A stretch of 64,000 nt of DNA. It comes from an uncultured bacterium (GTDB lineage Bacteria > Joyebacterota > Joyebacteria > Joyebacterales > Joyebacteraceae). Below the pieces are notes generated by a model that worked only from the letters and a program-made list of their open reading frames with translations, was not told the origin of the DNA and made no database searches. The position numbers and the translations under genes were made by a program. How positions within the stretch are numbered: position 1 is the stretch's first letter; every line of letters starts with the position of its first letter. Of the stretch, positions 55,314 to 61,210 are shown one piece after another. The DNA is taken from positions 46,620 through 110,619 of the forward strand of contig CAZFRO010000006.1 of assembly GCA_964521425.1 (NCBI GenBank), written 5' to 3'.

Positions 55314-57791
55314 ATGAAACGACTCAGAGCCATGGGGTTTGTGGCGGTGTTGGTCTGTCTCATTCTGGCCGCTAATGCCCCATGTGTTCGCGCCGAGGAG
55401 CAGCTCGATCTGAATCGCGCAACACTCGAGGAGATACGGGCACTGCCCATCTCCGAGGACGTTGTCGAGGTGATCTGGCAGTACAGGGAGTACACCTCCT
55501 ATTTCAGGAGCGTCTACGACCTGAGAACACTCCCTGGCGTGGCAATAGAGGATTTTCTGCGGATCAAACCGCTTGTGAAGATCGTTCCGGTGCTGATCGA
55601 GGATGAGGAGCTTCTGCGAATCAACGAGATCTACTACCGGATCAGACAGTGGGAATCGGAGGAGGGTGGTGGTGAGGCGCTCGTGGATCACTGGATCGAT
55701 CTTGCGAAGGATCCCGTGAACATCAACACGGCGAGCTACAACGAGATCGCTAATCTCCAGAGCGTGTCGCCTCCGGACGCGGCGGCCATCTTCAAGAACA
55801 TGCGGAAGAACCGCGTGGAGCGGAGATCGCAGCTGAGAAACATTCCGGGGCTGACGTACTGGGGCTACTACAACGTGCGGAATTTCGTGCGTTACGATGA
55901 GCCCGCTGATGATGCCCCGTTTAGGGGAAGCTACCAGTTCCGGATCTACGACACTCCGTCTATCTTCGATACGGAGGAGCTTCTCAAGGAGGACCGGAAC
56001 TTCGCCGACGGAGGGTACGATTCCTGGTGGGATCGTCTCAATCTGGACGGCGCGGGTCCCATCTACCAGCACAAGTTCCGCGGAAGATGGGGGCAGGACA
56101 TTAACGCGGGGGCGCTGGCGCACAAGGGGTTCGGTGATGACGAACTTACCGCGTTCAAGTTCCACGCGACGATACGGGACAAGTCGATCGGTCCGGTGAC
56201 TTTCGACAACATAGTCATTGGCAACTACGCCCTCGCCTTTGGGCAGGGCCTGGTGATGCAGAACACCGACTACTTCAAGCCGAGGAACTCCGGCTACGGG
56301 TGGGACAAGAGGTACATGGGTGTTCTGGGTGATATCTCGCCGACACAGCAGTATCAGCTCAACGGTGTCGCCACGGAGATGACGCTCGGCAACGTGAAGA
56401 GCGTGGTCTTCTACTCTGATGACTGGAAGGATGCCGTTCTCAATCCCGACGGCACCATCAACCAGTACATCATCATGTCTCCTCGTATCAGCAACGACGA
56501 CCTGGCCGCGGCCGGCATGCGCGACATGAAGGACGTCGTTCACGAACAGACGGTAGGCGCGAATATCAAGTACGGCTTCGCGCCCGGTACGTGGATCGGC
56601 GTGAGCGCTTACGAGAGTCGCTACAACAAGTACTGGAAGTCGGGTTACGATCCGAACGGCACGATGGACGTCGCCTGGATCGTTCCGGAGGACAACGAGG
56701 ACAAACTTGTTGCCGCCGACGCCGAGTACTTCTCAAGTTACACAAGTCCGGGCAAGTTCAGACGCGTCTTCGGTGCGGAGTTCCAGTACGTCCTGGACAA
56801 CGTCGCCTTTGCCGGCGAGTACGCCTCGCTCGACAAGGACGGGGAGATCTTTGACCTTGAGGAGGATGCAAACGCGTTCGTCGTCAATGCCTACGCGTCC
56901 TACAGCAACCTGAGCTTCCTCGCTCTCTACCGGGACTACGATGTGGATTTCGACAATCCTTACAGTCGTGCGTTCTCCGAGTACAAGCGGTACAAGGGGA
57001 CGATACTCGAGGATCAGTACTATCTGTCGGATCCGATCTACGGTCTTCTCTACGTGAATTCCGTGGCGCCGCAGGCGGAACGGGGGCTGTACATCAACTC
57101 TCGATACAGGTTCTCCGACCGTCTGACTCCGTCGATCGAGTACGATGTCTGGGAGCGCAAGGCCGACGGTGCCGACTACTCCCGCCTGGTCGTCAAGCTC
57201 AGATTTCAGCCCATCTACAACATCGTGATGAATCTGAGACAGAAGTGGCAGGGACGTCTGGGTGAGAACACGCTGACACCTCAAGCCTACGAGCAGGTCG
57301 AGACCCGGTTCAGACTCGAGTACAGGCTCTCGAAGTACGATGAAGTCGAGTTCATGCTGTCGAGATCATGGATCGAGTGGCCGCCGAGGCCGCGGCTCTC
57401 GGGCAATCCGGAGGCTGACGGCGAGTATCCGGACATCGGATCGGCCGCGGTCCCGTCGTATGCGATTGGGGCCGCCGTCACCCACAACTTCAGTGACTGG
57501 TTGAAGGTGACGGGATCGGTTCTCTACTACGACGGCTTCATCTGGCTCTTCGAGGATGGGTCGTTCACGGTCATTGACGACCACGCCTTCAGGTACTGGA
57601 TATCGATCTCGGATCGTATCTCCGATCACCTGTCACTCAGGTTCAGGTGGACCAACAACCAGTCGTTCCCCCTGAGCTATGTGGACGCGAGGGAATACGG
57701 GGAGAACCCGCCGGGTGATCCGGAGCCGAACGGGTTCTACGTCAGGGACGATAATGCAGGGTACCGAATCCAGCTTGACTACTCGTGGTAG
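55314..57791 (+). CDS. outer-membrane beta-barrel protein with two N-terminal ComEA-type helix-hairpin-helix DNA-binding domains
   Basis: Signal peptide. HhH 1: DLNRATLEEIRALPISEDVVEVIWQYRE...LRTLPGVAIEDF. HhH 2: VNINTASYNEIANLQSVSPPDAAAIFKNMRKNRV...LRNIPGLT. A Tyr/Gly-rich region of about 650 aa has beta-strand periodicity and ends LDYSW. Confidence 0.7.
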   Translation: MKRLRAMGFVAVLVCLILAANAPCVRAEEQLDLNRATLEEIRALPISEDVVEVIWQYREYTSYFRSVYDLRTLPGVAIEDFLRIKPLVKIVPVLIEDEELLRINEIYYRIRQWESEEGGGEALVDHWIDLAKDPVNINTASYNEIANLQSVSPPDAAAIFKNMRKNRVERRSQLRNIPGLTYWGYYNVRNFVRYDEPADDAPFRGSYQFRIYDTPSIFDTEELLKEDRNFADGGYDSWWDRLNLDGAGPIYQHKFRGRWGQDINAGALAHKGFGDDELTAFKFHATIRDKSIGPVTFDNIVIGNYALAFGQGLVMQNTDYFKPRNSGYGWDKRYMGVLGDISPTQQYQLNGVATEMTLGNVKSVVFYSDDWKDAVLNPDGTINQYIIMSPRISNDDLAAAGMRDMKDVVHEQTVGANIKYGFAPGTWIGVSAYESRYNKYWKSGYDPNGTMDVAWIVPEDNEDKLVAADAEYFSSYTSPGKFRRVFGAEFQYVLDNVAFAGEYASLDKDGEIFDLEEDANAFVVNAYASYSNLSFLALYRDYDVDFDNPYSRAFSEYKRYKGTILEDQYYLSDPIYGLLYVNSVAPQAERGLYINSRYRFSDRLTPSIEYDVWERKADGADYSRLVVKLRFQPIYNIVMNLRQKWQGRLGENTLTPQAYEQVETRFRLEYRLSKYDEVEFMLSRSWIEWPPRPRLSGNPEADGEYPDIGSAAVPSYAIGAAVTHNFSDWLKVTGSVLYYDGFIWLFEDGSFTVIDDHAFRYWISISDRISDHLSLRFRWTNNQSFPLSYVDAREYGENPPGDPEPNGFYVRDDNAGYRIQLDYSW

Positions 57792-57859
57792 CCGAGGCGG
57801 GGGCAATGGATATGAATCGAGAGCAAAGTCAGGGAATCAATAGATTGGGGAGGCAGAAG

Positions 57860-59086
57860 ATGCGACGAGGATTCACGGTCGTGATGGCTCTCCTCGCTGT
57901 CGCGAGTCTGTGCGGGAGCGCCGCGGCGTTCTCGTACGCAGAGTGGCACTACGGGGAGTTCGTACCAGCCGGCGACGCCAGGTCGCTGGCGCTTGGTGGG
58001 GCCGGACTCGCGTCCGCAGACGGGGCGCGTGGTGCGGGACTGAACCCCGCGCTGGTTGCGAAGACTGTCGGGCTCGAGCTTGCTATGAGCGCGATGCTGC
58101 TCACTGCGGAGGAGTCAAGAGAGGCGCCTCTCTACGACAGTTTTGAGGGCATCATCGGTTACAACACTTACGCATTCAACACGACGATGTACGATCGCTA
58201 CGTCGGGACGATCTCGTGGAAGCCGTCGGGCGACTACGACTGGGCTCCGGCTGTGGCGATCGGATACCACCCACGGCTGGACATGTCCTACAGCTACCAC
58301 GTCCAGTACAGGGACTCCGACACGCAGGCTGAGCCGATGGACAAGATTCTCTACGACTACTGGAACGAGGGCGAGGGCGGCGTCAACGCCTACACCGTGA
58401 CCCTGGCCCACGAGGTCGTACCGGAAGTCTACCTGGGGCTCGGCGTCGACTTCCTGAGAGGGCAGGCGGACGCAGAGGAGCGGTGGGTCTATCCGGAGTA
58501 CTCCGAGGAGACCGATGTAGACGGCTGGTTCGAATTGGATGGTTTCTCGGGGACCCAATTCACCGTCGGGCTTCTGGTCGAGAAGCTGCATCGTGTGGAC
58601 GTGGCCGTCGTATATCGCTCGAGCTTCGAACTGGCCGCCGACTACAGCGGTGAGAGCACGGAGGACGAGGCGGACGACGGGAACCTCACGTATTCGTATC
58701 CCTCAGCGATCGGTGTGGGGTTCGAGTACCACCCGCGCAACGAGATAATGACCACCGTGAGTCTGGATATCGAATACACGGAGTGGTCGAAGTTTGAGGA
58801 CAGCCTCACTGACGATCTGGATCTCAGCGACACGATCGAGTACCGCGTGGGCGTGGAGCATCAGTTCTTCAACACGACACAGGCCCGGTTTGGTTTCCTC
58901 TACCAGCCTTCCTACATGGATGACGAGACCACGAGAGCTGCATTCAGCATCGGTCTCGGGTTGGACCTCGTTGGCGTGAGGTTGGATGTAGGGGGGCAGC
59001 TTGGCGTGAGGGAGTACGATATCGAAGACGGTCGCATCCGTGAGACGACGACCACGGCGATGGTGAGTCTTTCGCACCGATTCTAG
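57860..59086 (+). CDS. FadL/PorV-like outer-membrane beta-barrel (paralogous fold to 54399)
   Basis: GGGGAGG sits before ATG 57860. Signal peptide. Motif ARSLALGGAGLASADGARGAGLNPA. Ends SLSHRF. Confidence 0.55.
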   Translation: MRRGFTVVMALLAVASLCGSAAAFSYAEWHYGEFVPAGDARSLALGGAGLASADGARGAGLNPALVAKTVGLELAMSAMLLTAEESREAPLYDSFEGIIGYNTYAFNTTMYDRYVGTISWKPSGDYDWAPAVAIGYHPRLDMSYSYHVQYRDSDTQAEPMDKILYDYWNEGEGGVNAYTVTLAHEVVPEVYLGLGVDFLRGQADAEERWVYPEYSEETDVDGWFELDGFSGTQFTVGLLVEKLHRVDVAVVYRSSFELAADYSGESTEDEADDGNLTYSYPSAIGVGFEYHPRNEIMTTVSLDIEYTEWSKFEDSLTDDLDLSDTIEYRVGVEHQFFNTTQARFGFLYQPSYMDDETTRAAFSIGLGLDLVGVRLDVGGQLGVREYDIEDGRIRETTTTAMVSLSHRF

Positions 59087-59118
59087 CCGCCCGGTCTCCG
59101 GGCGAGGAGAAGTAGACA

Positions 59119-60873
59119 ATGATAATTCGACGAAGGCTCACGCTGGTACTTGCGGTTGCCATAGCTGTCCTTGCTGTGGCGCCGGCGTGGGGCGCTTCAG
59201 ACACCGATGGATTGTTCCGCCTGTCTGTCGTGTTCACGAACGACATACACGGTGGGATCGACCCGTCGGGAGCTACCTTTATGAACAGGGAGTTCCCGCC
59301 GCCTCTGGGTGGAGCCGCCTCGGCTGTCACCTACATTGAGATGTTGCGGGAGAGGGCGAGGGAAGAGGGTGGAGCTGTCCTGCTGATTGATCAGGGCGAC
59401 ATCTTTCAGGGTACTCCGGTCGGCAACTTCCGGAAGGGTGAGTCCGTCATCGAGTACTTCAATCATGTCGGATTCGATCTCTGGACGATCGGCAACCACG
59501 ATTTCGATGAGGGAGCCGAGAACCTCTGGCACCTGATCGAGATGTCAGAAATGCCGGTACTCTCGGCGAACCTGGTGTGGGAGGAGACCGGAGAACCGGT
59601 CGAGCACGTCGAGCCCTACATCATCAAGGACTACGGCGGCGTCAAGGTGGCCATCGTAGGACTGACGACGACGGACACTCCCAAGATGGCTTTTCCCGCT
59701 CATGTTGCGGGCGTGAAGTTCCTGTCTTCCATCGAGACGGCGGAGCGCTACGTCAAGGAAGTCAGAGAGGCAGGGGCGGACATCGTCATCTTCTCCGGGC
59801 ATATGGGGCTTCCGTACGATCCCATCTCCGGCTATGCGAAGCTCATCGAAGAAGAGCAGGAGCGGGACGAGGAGGCCGTGCGCGAGCCGCTTGAGGAGAA
59901 GAAGTGGGGTGCGCATGCGATGGAGATCGCCCACAAGGTGCCCGGCATCGACGCCTTCTTCGCCGGTCATATCCATAAGGGATTTGATGAGCCGTGGGAG
60001 GAGCCGTCCACACACACCATCATCTTCCAGACCTACGGGCGGGGCTCCGGAGTTGGCAACGTCGATCTCCTGATCGACCCCGTGACGAAGACGCTGGTCG
60101 GATATGAACTTCCGTCGTACCGTGGTGACCTCATCACGCTCTTCGAGGATCAGTGGTGGCCGAATGAGGAGACCACTGAGATGATCACCGCTCTGGTCGA
60201 TGAGGCGGAAGTCGGGATGGACCGCATCATTGGCTACACCGATATCGATCTTTCGCGGGGAGGAGATGGTGAGACCAGAATGGGGAACCTGGTCTGCAGC
60301 GCCATGCTCGAAGAAGTTGATGCTGATTTCGCGTTCACGAACCTCGGTGGTATCCGGGACGAGATCCCGACCGGCCCCGTGACGCCGCGCCAGGTCTTCA
60401 AGGTTCTTCCGTTTGGCAACAGCCTCATGGTGTTCGAGATGGACGGGAGGCTCTTGAAGGAAGTAGTCGAGTATCGCGTCAGCGCCGACCACCATGGTGT
60501 CTACATGGCCGGTGGCAGGATCGTCTACAACAAGACACGACCGGACTACGACCGCGTGACCTCCTTCACGATCGGTGGTGAGCCATGGGAGGCGGACCGC
60601 ATCTACCGCGTCGTCACGAGTGACTTCCTTGCGGTGGGCAATGCGGGTCTCTACATGCTTCCCGACATACCTGATGACAAGAAGCGGAGAACCTCGACGA
60701 CGTGTATGGACGCGGCTGTCCACTACATTGAACGTCATACTCCGATAGGACCTCAGCTCGACGGGCGATGGGTGAGGGATGATGAGGCCGAGGTCAGTGC
60801 CGCTCTCATCGCAGCCATGGAGGGCATGGAGCCCTTAGCACCCCCCGTGGAGGAGGCTAGCGGGCCCTACTAG
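59119..60873 (+). CDS. secreted bifunctional metallophosphatase / 5'-nucleotidase (UshA family)
   Basis: GAGGAGAAG SD. Signal peptide. VVFTNDIHGG, DQGDIFQGTPVGNF and GNHDFDEG metallophosphatase motifs. C-terminal 5'-nucleotidase domain (FTNLGGIRDEIPTGPVT, FGNSL). Confidence 0.85.
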   Translation: MIIRRRLTLVLAVAIAVLAVAPAWGASDTDGLFRLSVVFTNDIHGGIDPSGATFMNREFPPPLGGAASAVTYIEMLRERAREEGGAVLLIDQGDIFQGTPVGNFRKGESVIEYFNHVGFDLWTIGNHDFDEGAENLWHLIEMSEMPVLSANLVWEETGEPVEHVEPYIIKDYGGVKVAIVGLTTTDTPKMAFPAHVAGVKFLSSIETAERYVKEVREAGADIVIFSGHMGLPYDPISGYAKLIEEEQERDEEAVREPLEEKKWGAHAMEIAHKVPGIDAFFAGHIHKGFDEPWEEPSTHTIIFQTYGRGSGVGNVDLLIDPVTKTLVGYELPSYRGDLITLFEDQWWPNEETTEMITALVDEAEVGMDRIIGYTDIDLSRGGDGETRMGNLVCSAMLEEVDADFAFTNLGGIRDEIPTGPVTPRQVFKVLPFGNSLMVFEMDGRLLKEVVEYRVSADHHGVYMAGGRIVYNKTRPDYDRVTSFTIGGEPWEADRIYRVVTSDFLAVGNAGLYMLPDIPDDKKRRTSTTCMDAAVHYIERHTPIGPQLDGRWVRDDEAEVSAALIAAMEGMEPLAPPVEEASGPY

Positions 60874-60911
60874 CAGCCCTAAGAGGTTCAGTAGCAGCAG
60901 ATTGTGAGATG

Positions 60912-60937
60912 CCCGCCTGGCCGGACGGCCGGGCGGG
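60912..60937 (+). terminator. GC-rich hairpin downstream of 5'-nucleotidase gene (CCCGCC..CCGG ACGG CCGG GCGGG), no U-tract
   Basis: Inverted repeat read directly from the sequence, about 40 nt after the stop. Confidence 0.3.
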
Positions 60938-61017
60938 TGTCGCGCAACACGGCGCCAATGCCCTGCGGGCCGGGTCGCGATGCACACATGTACGGCCCTG
61001 TGTTCTGTGGGTAGCGC

Positions 61018-61046
61018 TGGACAAGTGATGCTCTGTGTGGTATAAT
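61018..61046 (+). promoter_or_regulatory. strong sigma70-like promoter: TGGACA - 17 nt - TGgTATAAT (extended -10)
   Basis: Perfect TATAAT at 61041-61046 with an upstream TG. The -35 TGGACA lies at 61018-61023. Followed by a leader of about 160 nt before ATG 61211. Confidence 0.5.
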
Positions 61047-61210
61047 CTAACGTCGGGAAAAATCACCCTTCCCGAGGGTGGGGTTGTTGCGCCTTCGGGG
61101 CGGAGTGAGGTTGTTTATCCAAAGGGATGACAGGTGGAGGGAGTGACCTGGGAATCGCTTCCCCGATAGATTTGTTGGCAACGGTGGGAGAACACCAAGG
61201 AGGTCGTGTG

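Noticed and set aside
55227-56543. 438-aa minus-strand ORF antisense to the HhH barrel gene
   Set aside because: No motif. It overlaps a + strand gene that has a signal peptide, an SD and domain signatures.
59545-60738. 397-aa minus-strand ORF antisense to the 5'-nucleotidase gene
   Set aside because: The sense strand has the full metallophosphatase motif set. The antisense product is low-complexity.
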